Source of the DNA: a virus
Length of the DNA stretch: 64,000 nt
Direction: 5' to 3' (one strand)
Virus record (IMG/VR): IMGVR_UViG_3300044535_000472
Coordinates: 1-64,000 of that record
Both the position numbers and the translations under genes were made by a program. Under the pieces are notes generated by a model. That model was not told the origin of the DNA. It did no database searches and saw nothing but the letters and a program-made list of their open reading frames with translations. Of this stretch, positions 34,640 to 46,400 are shown piece after piece. The stretch's first letter is position 1; every line of letters starts with the position of its first letter.

Positions 34640-35185
34640 TTAAAATTCTCTTAGTAGTGTATATGTAAATGCTTTTTTACCAGAAGCTTTACAAGCTGCA
34701 ATCAATGTAGCATATTGCTTAGGATCATTAAGTACTTGACATCCTGCTGACCACTTATCTATAAGACTAGAGATAGCTGATGCATTAGCGCGATGGATAT
34801 TGATACCAAATAAACCGGTATCTTCTTTACCTTGCTCTTCTGCCGTATCATCTTTGTCACCATCGCGGTATACAGTTACAGGTTTACGTTGTACTAACGC
34901 TTCATACTTACCTTGGTGTAATCCTAATTGGTAAGCGTCGACATATTGTCCTGGTTTCAACACTGCTGTACCTTTAGGGTTTAGCAAATTTTTTAACCAG
35001 TGTGTACCAGGATTAGTTGTTCCTGAGAATACATGCATCATTGGACCATTCACTAAGTAAAAGGTATCATCAAACTTGTTTTTCTCATTAGCCTTAGACC
35101 TTACTCCAATAACGTGTAAGGTTGGCCATTGATATCCTAGTCTAGCAAATTCTGCTTCTAGCTCTGCGTATGAATACTTTTTCAT
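34640..35185 (-). CDS. endolysin, L,D-transpeptidase (YkuD)-like cysteine peptidase
   Basis: TTNPG, GINIHRA, WSAGCQV (catalytic His/Cys). Confidence 0.8.
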   Translation of the reverse strand: MKKYSYAELEAEFARLGYQWPTLHVIGVRSKANEKNKFDDTFYLVNGPMMHVFSGTTNPGTHWLKNLLNPKGTAVLKPGQYVDAYQLGLHQGKYEALVQRKPVTVYRDGDKDDTAEEQGKEDTGLFGINIHRANASAISSLIDKWSAGCQVLNDPKQYATLIAACKASGKKAFTYTLLREF

Positions 35186-35197
35186 AAGTTTTATTTA

Positions 35198-38100
35198 TTA
35201 ATCTCTAACCGTTAACTTTTTACGTTCTGTTTCCATTTGTTTTTGTCTACCCGCAGGATTTATAAACTGACCACTTAATCCAAAAAATCCAGCAAGTGTT
35301 GCATACCATTTTGGATCACCAGCTTTTTCCCAAGGATATGGACCAGAATCCTGTTGATATATACCAGCTCTATCATCGTTAATATCAGCTGCAATATAGT
35401 TAATTAATTCTACAGAACGATTTAAAGTAGGATTAAGAGCTGCTCCAGTTTTAAGGTTAAATATACTCATAAGATTACCTAACCCATAGCCAGACATTGC
35501 AAGCCAGTCTTCTTGGTCATGACCTACACGAGTTGTAATATATAAAGCTTGTAACTTTAACCATTCTTGTGAATTAAATCTTGCAGTTTCTTTTTCATTA
35601 CCTCCATATAAATCAGCTTCAACTTCAGCACCTAAAATAGGTAATGGTCCACTTCTTCTATAAAGTTTTTTCCAGGTATCAGGAGTTGGTAATTCTACTA
35701 TTCCTTTTTCTTCTTTTTCACGTTGTTCTTTTCTTTTTTTCAAATAGCTTATCATAGCTCTTTCGTCTCCAGTTGTAGCCAGCCTTAGTTTAGCTTTTAA
35801 ATCCTCTTTTCTTTTCTTTCTAGCTTGTTCTTCTAAAGCTTCTTCTTCATCATCATCTGGATTGTAACCTAACCATACGGACTTCATATAGCCAATTGCC
35901 ATTAGCATAGTAATCCACCTTACGGTTTTCATTATATATACACCCTCTTCTCTTGAAGGAGATACTAATCCTGATCCGTATGTTCTTACACTTTTAGTAA
36001 TATAGTTAGTTACAGCACTAAAGAATCCCATGTGAATGTCATCATTACCCCAATCATATCTTCCAGAACCTTCTCCTTTAAACAGGTTACCTTTTATACC
36101 ATAGTGGTTAATTAACATTCTAGTTAAGTGCTTTTGAATAAAAGACACTATTCTATATAAGGCCCATTGAGCAGCTCTAGGTTGATCAAATTCTCCAAAT
36201 GCTCCGTTTATATTAGATGTAACGGTTTGCATTCTACTTTTCATTTTTAAGAACTCTGAACCATTTATACCATACTTTGGATCAATACCATCTTTTAGCT
36301 TTATAACTTTATCTGGTCCTATTTCCCAAGCATCTAAGTAGTTTATATATTTTGTTTTAGTACCTATAGTTCGCGGAACTTTTTTATAATGCATTAATGC
36401 ACCCATAGTTTGCATCGTTGCTAACATCTCAAACCACTTACGTGTGTTAGTTAAGAAGTTAAGTCTAACAACATCACCTGCAAGATTTCTAGAAAGACCA
36501 TCGTCTAATGCTCTTTTTTGGTAGTCTTGCCCAGGATCAAAAATTTCAATAAGTTGACCCACAAGTGATTTAGGACCTGTTTTATAAATCTCAGCAGTTA
36601 CCGTACTCATTGCATGTACACCAAAGAGCTTACCAGCTTGTAAGCTAACTGGATTAGTATACTTAAATGCCCAACCTTCAATTTTTAATTCCATTAAGGC
36701 ATCATAGTAGTTTACAAGAGCACTACTTGGGTCTAAAGAAAAGTAACCAAATGATGCTATTTTAAACAATCCCCCAAAGAAATTATTTAGTCCTACTGCA
36801 CCAGCGCCTTTACCATATTTTTGACCTTCAAATTCTCTTGCTACAAGATAATCTAATGATGCGTATCTTGGGGTATCTTTAAACCAGCCAATTGTTTTAT
36901 CTACACGACCTTTTCTTTTTTGTTGTTCAGATGTAACTATTTCACCAGCACTATCTAGTTTATTTTTTACATAAATTCTTTCTCCGGTTTTAGAATCTTT
37001 CTCATAATAAAATTCTCTCATGGCCTTAGCCATTGGAGATAGTTCAACAAGCTTCTGATGCTTTTCTAAAGATGCCATATAACGCATTGTACTTTTTACA
37101 AAGTTTCTTGATACGTTATTAAACTCAATATTAGATCTACCTTCAATAGGAATTTTTGAATTTTGCTTAGCAAAGAAACTTAATGCTTCTACCTCATAGC
37201 TTTCTTCAAAGTTTGTATCACCTTCTTCAAATGAACCAGCTTGTGGTTTAAAGAATCTTACTACATCGTCATACCAACGACTAAATACTTTTGGTTTCTT
37301 TAAGTTAGATTTACCAAATACACTTTTCTTTGTATTTCTTAATGCATCTCCTATATCTTCTGCTATATCTGTGGTATATCTAGGAAGCTCTAAGTACATT
37401 TTTGTGCTACGGTCTTTGCCTTCTTGAATACCTACATAAAATTCTTTATACTTTTCAAGGGCATCAAACATAGCTTTATCTGTACGGCGAAGTTCTGCAT
37501 ATCGGCTATTTATAAAACGACCATCTGGTGCACCTTGTGTTAAGCGTTTAGGTAACCAGTTTCCTTTATTGTCCTTGTTAGGCGGAATCACATTACCATC
37601 TGCATCATATGTGTTAGGTAATATTTCTTCAGTTAAGAACTCTGGTTTAACATCAAACGTGTAGTACTCTAAATTAGGTGCTGCAAATAGTGTTTCTTTT
37701 ATAATATTACCTTTTTCATCTGTTTCATGAGTTGCATTAGGAATTTCAGTGCTTTCAAATAATCTATTATCTGAAGGTACATTGTAACTCCAAACTTGTA
37801 CTCTTTGCCAAGCATCTGACCAGCCTCCTTTACCATCATACTTTTTTACGCGTATGTGATTTTTATCAAACCAAATTGCAAACTGTGCATTTTGAGATTT
37901 TATTTCATCTACAACGTCATCTAATAAAAAGTAACTATCTGCATTTGTTTCATCTATATGATTAACACCTATGTCATCAATCATAAATTGTTTATCTATA
38001 AGACTTATGTAGTTGTTATAGATATCTAAGTAGTATGCAGTAGGTTCTTTATCACTAATACTTCTTAAAGTTTTATATGCAGTAGCTAGTGCTTTATTTT

Positions 38101-41100
38101 CATCTTTAGTTAGACCATTATAAGATTGCTTTTCAAATAATTCAGCAGCACGATCTTGTTCATCTTGTGATGGCATTTGTCCTATACCAACATTAGCAAG
38201 TGCAAAGCGTTCTACATAATCAAGTAAGAAATCATTTTCTTCTTCGGTAAGATTATTTATTTTACCTGAGTTTTCTTTAGTGTAAGCAATAACTTCTTGA
38301 AGGCTTTTGATAAGCTCCATACCTTCTTCTGTTATTTCACTAGCTGCTACTACACCACTTTCATCTCTATTAATAGAAGCAATATCATTTATAATAGCAT
38401 ATAAGTCACCAACTGATTCTATTTGATCAATTATATCTTGACTTACATTTCTTTTTGCTAATTCATCCTTAATAACTTTAGCAGTTGCCTCTGCTATTTT
38501 AGGATCTTTTTTAGCTTCTAATTGTTTAATACTTTCATAAAGAGCAGCTTGGATCTCATAGTATTCTTTCTTTGGAACCTTTCTTGTATTTTTTGCAAGC
38601 CACGCTTCACGCTCATTTAAAAATTCTTCAGAAGTTCTATCTCCACCTATGCTTGGTCTCAACAATAATTGTTGCTCGTAGTCTGCTAGTGCTTTTAAAA
38701 ATACTCCAGGACGAGGCTTAGACTCATAAAAACTAGAACTTAAATCTCTATATTCACGTAATCTTTCGGCAATAAGTTTATCCTCACCTTCTTTAAGATT
38801 TCCAAATTCATCTACTAAGCTATATAAAAATCTTTTTTCTCTTAATGCTAGCTTACGTACTTCGGTTTCATCTTTAATTTCAAAACCTTGACGCTTCATG
38901 TCTTTCCACATTTGAAGCTTTTCATTAACAATATCAAGTCTTCTTTTAGCTTCGGCGCCTATATCATCTCTTTCAAATAACTCTTGTCTTTCATAGTACT
39001 CTGGTTTATACTTATTGTTAAAGTATAAACGTCGCATCTTATTATACTCTTGTCTAATGTTGTTATATTCTTTTTTATCATCATCATTTAAAGTACTATA
39101 GTATTTTAAACGAGCTTTTTCAAGTCTAAAAGTTTCTTGGGCATCCCACCATTCATACCCTACAAATTCATCTAAGAACTTTAATACTTTAAATTCATAA
39201 AGATTACCATCTGGATGTTTTTCAGCTATGCTATCTTCCATTAAGAAGGTATCTGCTTTACTAATTAAGTTTCTAGCATTAATACCAGCTTTTTTAAGTG
39301 CTGGTATAACTTGCGATGAAAACATAACTTTATGCATATGGATTTTTGATTCCATTTCCATATAGTTAGTTCTTAAATATTTAGCAAATGCTCCTATAAC
39401 AGGATCTTGATTGACTAAGTAACTTTCAAATAATGAATTCATTTGACTTGCAAAACCATTGTTTACAATATCACCCATTACCATTTTTTCAAAAGTCTCT
39501 TTAGTAAGCTTTATACTATTGTAAGCAGCCTCTTCTACAGCTAGTAATCTTCTAGTAGCTAATGGAGAGTTCTCTAAAAATGCTTTACGCTTTAACCAGC
39601 GCTCATCTATTTTTTTAGCTGTTGGTTCAACAAATTCCCAAAGTGTATCTGTTAAGTTTTCTCCATAGATGTATAGTGCAGATCTTTTACCCCTTTCGGA
39701 TGCATTTCTAATATCTGATACAAGACTATAAAGTTCGGATTTTTCCGTAATACCAAGATCTTCTAAATCTTTAATAACCTTTGTTGCTAAGTCAATATAT
39801 GAATCTAAATAGTCAGTAAGATTTTTAACACGATAAATACTATCTGGAGTTACACCAAGTTTTTTTATTTCCTCAATTCTATTAGTTATCTTATCAGCAA
39901 TCATGTACGTTTGCTGCAAGCTGTTAACAAAAGCAATAGCAAGTTTTCTATTCTCTTCTACCAAATCTTTAATATGCCTAACTCTATTAGACTCATAACT
40001 ACTAAGAGTAGATGTTATATATGCTAAATCTCTACTATCGTCATTTGTTAGTAGGAGAGCAAGTTCTTGGTACTCATCTTTAGTGGTAGCTCGGAGCTGA
40101 TCACTAAATAATTTATACATGGCATCTATATTCTTTTTAAGCTGCGCATGTGTTTTTTTGGCAGTCTCATCATCAACTGCATTATCCAATTCTTTGATGA
40201 AATCGTTAATCTCCTTAGCATACTGTACTCTATTATCTTCAATAGACTCTTTAGTAGCTATAGACGTATCTATATTAAACTTCTCAGATAGCATTTCATT
40301 TGCTAAATCCATAAAAGAAGTATTAACTCCTAGGTCACTAAGCTTAGGTCCAGCACCAAATAGTTTTCTAAAGAACTTTTTAATTTGATAAAGTATATTA
40401 GAAACCATTTCGCTAAATGAATTTGGCATTGGTGTATTAGAAAGCTGAGCCTGTCCAGCCATAGTTAATACATGCACAATAATCTCTTCTGAAAAGCCTT
40501 GTGGATCTCCTTCAAGTTCAGGATACTGTTTTAAAAAGTTTTCTTGTAGTCCTAGTTTACCTAACTCAGACCAAGCTTTTTTAGCTAATTTTTGAAACAG
40601 CTCTGGGTTTTCTTTTGCCAAGTACTTTACAAAAGGGTGAGCAAACTCGTGAAATAAAGTCTTTGTGCTTAATGCACCATCTACTACATATACTTTTCCA
40701 TTATAAACAAATGCAGGTTCATTATTATAAGGAGCCTTTGTATTTTTAGTAAGCTCAATAGCATCATTTACAGATATAAATTCTACTTCAGGTTCACCAA
40801 ATACATTTGTCATGTTCATGCTAGCAGCTAAGTTTTTTACAACTTGCATGGCTTGAACATGTTCGGCTTGCTCCTGTGTTAAAGTATCTGTTAATAAATC
40901 ATCTATTGCAGCATCCTCTTCACTACGAGTAAGACCTAGTAAATCATCAATAGCTTCAATCTCCCTAATAAACCACGCCCTATCTATACCACTTTCTTGT
41001 GAATTAGGTGAGTTAGGTTGTATCGGTAGCGGGGTTTTAAATACTTTTATGTAATACTTTTGAGGCCCGTTTCTTAAATCATTCTCCTCTTTTACAACAT

Positions 41101-43426
41101 CTAAGTAACGCAAATTACCATTAAGCCTATTGTAAGCATTAACTTCATTTACTGCATTAGTATATCCACCTTGTGATAAGTATTTCTTATTATATATATT
41201 TGTATCACCGTTCAGCTTCATAAGATGTTTCTTAAACTGAGCAGGTGTTAAATCATATATGTTTTTGTTATACTGTGGAGTCTCACTTGTAATGTCTGTA
41301 ACAGCATCATTGCTAAATGCAACTAGGTATTGACTATCCGAAAACATTGTATAGTCAAGTCCCTTATAGCCTCTATCTTTAAGAAAGTTAAAGAAGTTAT
41401 TTTGAATAGCTAATCCTTCTGGAGAATTATCAAGTATATTAAAATCAGTTCCAGTTTGTTTTGCAAACTCAGACCTAAGAGGTCTATATTCTTTACTATC
41501 TCCTTCTAAAAAACCTTTTGTATCTACATTTACTTGTCTTACGTTTTTACCGTAGTTCTTTGCCTCTGCTTTATCAACAGTAAAATAATTAATTTCTCTA
41601 TTATCTAGAGTATCGTATCCTTGATATACAGCTTTAATGTCATCATTTGTTTCTTCAGTTTCTTGTATGATATCATCTATAAAAGAAAAGTATCTAAAAC
41701 CAGGAGCATTAAATTTATAAATGTCTTTCTTAAATGGGGCAAAGTAAATTAAGTCCATGATATCTTTACCACGGCCCATATTTATTTTTGCTTCAAAGAT
41801 TTGTTTCCAATCTTTCCAGTAGTTATCAAATATCTCTGGATAGTTACCTTGTGCAGTTCTTAAAAAGAAATCTAGTACATATCTTTTAGGTCTTGTTTCA
41901 CCGGTTTCCTCATCAATTTCAAATGCTGTAGGATGTTCAATGTACCCAGTAATTGTAACACTTTCACCTTTTTTATGGTCACGTCCTATGAATGCAGTTT
42001 GGAATGTCCATGAAGGAAATACTTCTTTTAGATTTTTATACCAAGATTGACCTTCTAAAAATGGTATGATCTCTTTATTAAATTTATTACGACCTAAAGC
42101 TGAGCCAACACTTGATTTACGTTGCATGTAACTCAGACCTTTAGTTTGAATCCAATCTAAAAACTCCTGAGCATTTGCCTCTTTCATGAAATGTTCAAGT
42201 GTAATAACACCATCAATATCATGCAGGTCTTCACTAAAGCTTCTGTATGTAGCTCCATATCTTCTCAATACTTGAGAGCCAGATAGTTTATAAGCTTTAC
42301 CCTCAGGGTCTAATGAGTTAAATAGTTTTTGCAACACATCTGCTGCAAAAGGATCTGCAGATAATGTAGTGTAATAGTTTTTTTGCTCTAGTAGATTACC
42401 TTTTTTATCATAGAGCATCCCATCGCGGACCTCTATACCACGCATCCACTTTTTGAAATCCTTCTCATAGATATCATCTACTAAGTCAAAAAGTAAATCA
42501 TTAAGCTTTTCAGCATTGTACTTAGTAAAAGGTTTACCATGTATTGCTTTATGTACAAAGTTATATATGGCAGCTAAAGCTGTTTTAAGAACTGTTACTG
42601 CATATGGGCTTTTGAAACCTTTTTTCTCAAAGAAAGATTTATCAATATCTGGATTTTCAAAGTCTATCTTTTCACGTTGATCAGGTCTATAAGCAAGTAA
42701 GCCATCTGTAATAAACTCAATAATAACTTGTTTGTGAGCCCAAGCGTTTTTTGGCGCATCCTTGCTTTCTGAAAACTCATCAACAGTTTCTTCAATAACA
42801 TCTAAGTCAGCATTTTGTATACTTTTTGTTTTACTTAGTGCATCGTACTTATCGTATAACTCATCATACTTATTCCAAAGTTTAATGTTAAACCATAAGT
42901 CTTTTGAAATCTTAGATTTTCTACCTAAGAAAGAATATGCAATGTTAGCAGTTTGCTTAGCTAGTCCTCTATCGGAAAGATTTTTTGGTATTGCTAGGAG
43001 TTTTTGAAGCATATCAAATGCAGCAACGGGAGGACCTAATTCTCCTTTATCCCATCTTCCGGCAGAGTTCATTTGTTCTGCTAGGCCTGTCCACTCTTGA
43101 CTACCTTCTTCAATGATATCAATACGTAATGCTCTTATAAAGTCATATAGTGAATCTCTAAATTGCTTTTGTTGACCCTCAAATTTTTGGTAAGACTTAA
43201 GATTACCTTTAAAGTTTCTTACTTTAAACTTTTTAAGATCATAGCGTTTAGCTTCATAAAAATCTCTACGCTCTGGATAAGCTTCTTGTAAAGTATCTAA
43301 AATAGCAAAAGGGTCTATTAAAGAACCTTTATCTTCTGTAAGTAGTAAATAATTACTTACGTCGTAGTCCCCTAACAATCTTCTTGCTGCTTCTAATGAA
43401 GGATTAAAAACTTGACAACTAGCCAT
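35198..43426 (-). CDS. giant virion/ejection protein (2742 aa) with nucleotidyltransferase, ART-like and zincin domains
   Basis: SGS..DLHDIDG; YQG..YFT..GYKG; HEFAH..EE; adjacent to the virion RNAP gene. Confidence 0.8.
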   Translation of the reverse strand: MASCQVFNPSLEAARRLLGDYDVSNYLLLTEDKGSLIDPFAILDTLQEAYPERRDFYEAKRYDLKKFKVRNFKGNLKSYQKFEGQQKQFRDSLYDFIRALRIDIIEEGSQEWTGLAEQMNSAGRWDKGELGPPVAAFDMLQKLLAIPKNLSDRGLAKQTANIAYSFLGRKSKISKDLWFNIKLWNKYDELYDKYDALSKTKSIQNADLDVIEETVDEFSESKDAPKNAWAHKQVIIEFITDGLLAYRPDQREKIDFENPDIDKSFFEKKGFKSPYAVTVLKTALAAIYNFVHKAIHGKPFTKYNAEKLNDLLFDLVDDIYEKDFKKWMRGIEVRDGMLYDKKGNLLEQKNYYTTLSADPFAADVLQKLFNSLDPEGKAYKLSGSQVLRRYGATYRSFSEDLHDIDGVITLEHFMKEANAQEFLDWIQTKGLSYMQRKSSVGSALGRNKFNKEIIPFLEGQSWYKNLKEVFPSWTFQTAFIGRDHKKGESVTITGYIEHPTAFEIDEETGETRPKRYVLDFFLRTAQGNYPEIFDNYWKDWKQIFEAKINMGRGKDIMDLIYFAPFKKDIYKFNAPGFRYFSFIDDIIQETEETNDDIKAVYQGYDTLDNREINYFTVDKAEAKNYGKNVRQVNVDTKGFLEGDSKEYRPLRSEFAKQTGTDFNILDNSPEGLAIQNNFFNFLKDRGYKGLDYTMFSDSQYLVAFSNDAVTDITSETPQYNKNIYDLTPAQFKKHLMKLNGDTNIYNKKYLSQGGYTNAVNEVNAYNRLNGNLRYLDVVKEENDLRNGPQKYYIKVFKTPLPIQPNSPNSQESGIDRAWFIREIEAIDDLLGLTRSEEDAAIDDLLTDTLTQEQAEHVQAMQVVKNLAASMNMTNVFGEPEVEFISVNDAIELTKNTKAPYNNEPAFVYNGKVYVVDGALSTKTLFHEFAHPFVKYLAKENPELFQKLAKKAWSELGKLGLQENFLKQYPELEGDPQGFSEEIIVHVLTMAGQAQLSNTPMPNSFSEMVSNILYQIKKFFRKLFGAGPKLSDLGVNTSFMDLANEMLSEKFNIDTSIATKESIEDNRVQYAKEINDFIKELDNAVDDETAKKTHAQLKKNIDAMYKLFSDQLRATTKDEYQELALLLTNDDSRDLAYITSTLSSYESNRVRHIKDLVEENRKLAIAFVNSLQQTYMIADKITNRIEEIKKLGVTPDSIYRVKNLTDYLDSYIDLATKVIKDLEDLGITEKSELYSLVSDIRNASERGKRSALYIYGENLTDTLWEFVEPTAKKIDERWLKRKAFLENSPLATRRLLAVEEAAYNSIKLTKETFEKMVMGDIVNNGFASQMNSLFESYLVNQDPVIGAFAKYLRTNYMEMESKIHMHKVMFSSQVIPALKKAGINARNLISKADTFLMEDSIAEKHPDGNLYEFKVLKFLDEFVGYEWWDAQETFRLEKARLKYYSTLNDDDKKEYNNIRQEYNKMRRLYFNNKYKPEYYERQELFERDDIGAEAKRRLDIVNEKLQMWKDMKRQGFEIKDETEVRKLALREKRFLYSLVDEFGNLKEGEDKLIAERLREYRDLSSSFYESKPRPGVFLKALADYEQQLLLRPSIGGDRTSEEFLNEREAWLAKNTRKVPKKEYYEIQAALYESIKQLEAKKDPKIAEATAKVIKDELAKRNVSQDIIDQIESVGDLYAIINDIASINRDESGVVAASEITEEGMELIKSLQEVIAYTKENSGKINNLTEEENDFLLDYVERFALANVGIGQMPSQDEQDRAAELFEKQSYNGLTKDENKALATAYKTLRSISDKEPTAYYLDIYNNYISLIDKQFMIDDIGVNHIDETNADSYFLLDDVVDEIKSQNAQFAIWFDKNHIRVKKYDGKGGWSDAWQRVQVWSYNVPSDNRLFESTEIPNATHETDEKGNIIKETLFAAPNLEYYTFDVKPEFLTEEILPNTYDADGNVIPPNKDNKGNWLPKRLTQGAPDGRFINSRYAELRRTDKAMFDALEKYKEFYVGIQEGKDRSTKMYLELPRYTTDIAEDIGDALRNTKKSVFGKSNLKKPKVFSRWYDDVVRFFKPQAGSFEEGDTNFEESYEVEALSFFAKQNSKIPIEGRSNIEFNNVSRNFVKSTMRYMASLEKHQKLVELSPMAKAMREFYYEKDSKTGERIYVKNKLDSAGEIVTSEQQKRKGRVDKTIGWFKDTPRYASLDYLVAREFEGQKYGKGAGAVGLNNFFGGLFKIASFGYFSLDPSSALVNYYDALMELKIEGWAFKYTNPVSLQAGKLFGVHAMSTVTAEIYKTGPKSLVGQLIEIFDPGQDYQKRALDDGLSRNLAGDVVRLNFLTNTRKWFEMLATMQTMGALMHYKKVPRTIGTKTKYINYLDAWEIGPDKVIKLKDGIDPKYGINGSEFLKMKSRMQTVTSNINGAFGEFDQPRAAQWALYRIVSFIQKHLTRMLINHYGIKGNLFKGEGSGRYDWGNDDIHMGFFSAVTNYITKSVRTYGSGLVSPSREEGVYIMKTVRWITMLMAIGYMKSVWLGYNPDDDEEEALEEQARKKRKEDLKAKLRLATTGDERAMISYLKKRKEQREKEEKGIVELPTPDTWKKLYRRSGPLPILGAEVEADLYGGNEKETARFNSQEWLKLQALYITTRVGHDQEDWLAMSGYGLGNLMSIFNLKTGAALNPTLNRSVELINYIAADINDDRAGIYQQDSGPYPWEKAGDPKWYATLAGFFGLSGQFINPAGRQKQMETERKKLTVRD

Positions 43427-43429
43427 CTT

Positions 43430-46400
43430 TTAACATTTATTGAGTTCTTGTACTTTATTTAAGATATCTTCACGAGTTACTCGTATAAATTTTTTAGGTG
43501 CTACAACTTCATAGTTCTTATTCTTGTACCCAAATTCTTCGTAAAGCCTCTTAGACAAATATACGAAAGTTTTAGGGGCTTTTGCCCTCTTTTGGTTTAC
43601 ATTTTCACCATTAACATCAGCACCGATCATGTATTGCCCATAACCAGCAGCATTCCAAAAGATTTTATTATCATAGTCTTTAGCTGCTTTCTTAAGAGCT
43701 TGAATACTGTTTTCAATAGCTTTGATGTTTTCATCATAATTGTTATCAGTCATTTGCTGACTCACAACATCTTGATAGCCAAGCTTACTAGTTAAACCAA
43801 ATGAGTTTGTATTTTCTTGAGAAAGTGCAAATACTGAATCATTTGTCTCTAAAGGCTTAGCTGTTGGATTAGATGCGCCATTATATACAAACAGGTAGTT
43901 TGATCTATCACTAAGTAATTTGTTTATGGCTTGTTTAATATCTACATCTTTTTCTGCTTTACCTACTATGAAACTTGGACTTTGGTAGTTATCTCTAAAT
44001 GTTTGTACTGCACCAAATGATCCAGTAAGATCTGCAGCAGGGTTTCTAGAAGCTTTCCATAAAGGTTGATCTAGCGTATAGTTTCTAACCTTGTATCTAC
44101 TAGACGTATTCTTATATGAGTTAACAGTACTAAACTTGTTAAAGTAGCTATTAATTAAATTCCAAGTCATTAACTTATTGGTTTCCATATAGTTAATCAT
44201 GCTTTCTAAGATTGGAGTTAATCTTGTATCAGGCATAATCTGCCCTATACCATACTCACCTTTTGAGTTAAATCCTGTAGTAAACATTGTATATATAGGT
44301 AGGTTAGTGAAGAACTTTGAAATCTCCTGGGCCTCGCTTGAGGTCATGTTAGCAGTTTCAATTAAGTTAAATGGATCTGTTAGCTCAACTAAATCCTCAT
44401 GGAACCTGTTTATTCTATCTGCATCTAGCTTACCTGACTTAAATTTAATAACACGCTCTTTAGTCTTTGCTTCATCAGCTGTTAAAAAGTCCAATACTTT
44501 ATACTTCTGTACAAGGTCTGGGTACTTTTCTTTGATATCAAGAAGTCTTTTTGCGTATGATTTAGTAGGGCTCTTTAAAATATAGTATTGGTTAAATGTA
44601 TTATCCAACGCCATATCTCTCAAAGTGTTTTCATAAGCAAATGTTGTTGCTTTATTTTCCAACTCGCTTTCTTCAATCTCCTCAAACTTAGCTGCTATAA
44701 AGTCTTTTTTATACTGAATGTAATCACTTCTCTTAATGATATCAGATACTGGTATAGCATTTCTTAAATATTCACGCTCCATTACATATCTACCATATTC
44801 ACGTATGTTTTGAAACATGCCAGATCTAATGATACCAAATTCAAATGGAAGTTCTGGATTAGTGATGTTAATATTTTCCTTACCGCTATTAGCTTGTAAG
44901 CTTTCAAACTCTTCTACCAATTTTTGTTTGTCAAAGTACATCATTGGTATAGTAGTCTTGTCTTTTAACTTAACGTTTTTAACAAATACCGATACAGGAG
45001 ACTTAGTTGTTGGCTTAAGTTTTACTGATTTAGACGCAACTTGCAAACTCTTATAGTACTTAATAGAGTCAAGATCCAAATTACGCATGTAGTTTTGGAA
45101 CATAAACATTACTAAGTCATTTCTAAAGTTAGAAATAAATGCGTCTTGCTCACCAAATGTATCTGAGACTGCACTTTTAAACTTCTTATCGCTTAGTTTT
45201 TTAAGTAAGAAGTCATTTACTAATTTAGAATCTCTAATGGTAAATAGGTTCTTATATATATCTGACATGAATTCAGCTATACCAAAACTTGATATAGATG
45301 ATTCATCTAAGATTTTACTAATAACATCTTCACCAAATCTATCATCTTCACGTAGTTGATCAGCCTGATGTTGTCTTAAGTTAGTTTCAAATAAACTTGA
45401 TGCAACCTGCGTATCTAAATTAGTAGTACGCTTTACTGCAGTAATTACTTTAGACATATCTTCTATATCTAGGAAGTGTAATAACAATGCTAGTTGGTCA
45501 GTGTTTTCAAAATCAAGCTCATCTTGCAAGTGATCTTCAAAGTATTGTTGATTAAATACCTTATCCTTCAATGATCCAGCAATATCTGAAGCTGCATTCT
45601 TAATTGATTTTGAATAAAGTACAGTTTCACCATCATCATTTGTATCAGTATAAGCTAGCATTTCTGGGAAGTTCATAAGAACTTTTCTACGTGCTTCACT
45701 TCTAAAGAAGTTAGGGTTTGATAATTCAATACCTAGAGGACCTGCATAAGCAGACTTAGCTTTCTTAACCTCGTTAATGTATTGACGAATAATAGGTTGT
45801 GATACAAAGTAAGCAGCTTGTCTAATAGGTACACCAGCTTGAACCATTAATAGTAATGCTGGAGCTACAAAGTTGTTACCTTGAATATCAAAGATCCACG
45901 GATCTTTAGCAATATCTACCCAACCATTGATAAGCTGAGAAATAACATCTGATACCTTGTTTACACCATCTGCATCATATAAGTTACTCAATGATATGGC
46001 AGCACCATCTGGAGTTAATAAAGTATTGTGAGGCAAATAAATAGTTTGCTCTTTTTTAATTGGGTCGCCTTTTTCATCTTCTCCAATTATATATTTAGGT
46101 TGAAGATACGCGCCAACGGTATTAAAGATTACGCTATAGGTATTGTCTACGGCACCTTGACCTAGAGTTCTCTTACCGATACTATTAGAACCATGCTTAT
46201 AGATGTTATATTCTATTTCAAATATTCTTGTACCCTTAATTTCTTTACCTCTTTCAGTAAATACATTTTGTAAAGAGTCATATGGTCTTACCTTAGAAGC
46301 AAGCTCTTGGGCAATTGGTAATACAATATCAGTTGCGTTAGGTGTAATAAGATCTACATAGTTACTCTCTAAAGAAAGTATATCCATAATGTCTGTGATA

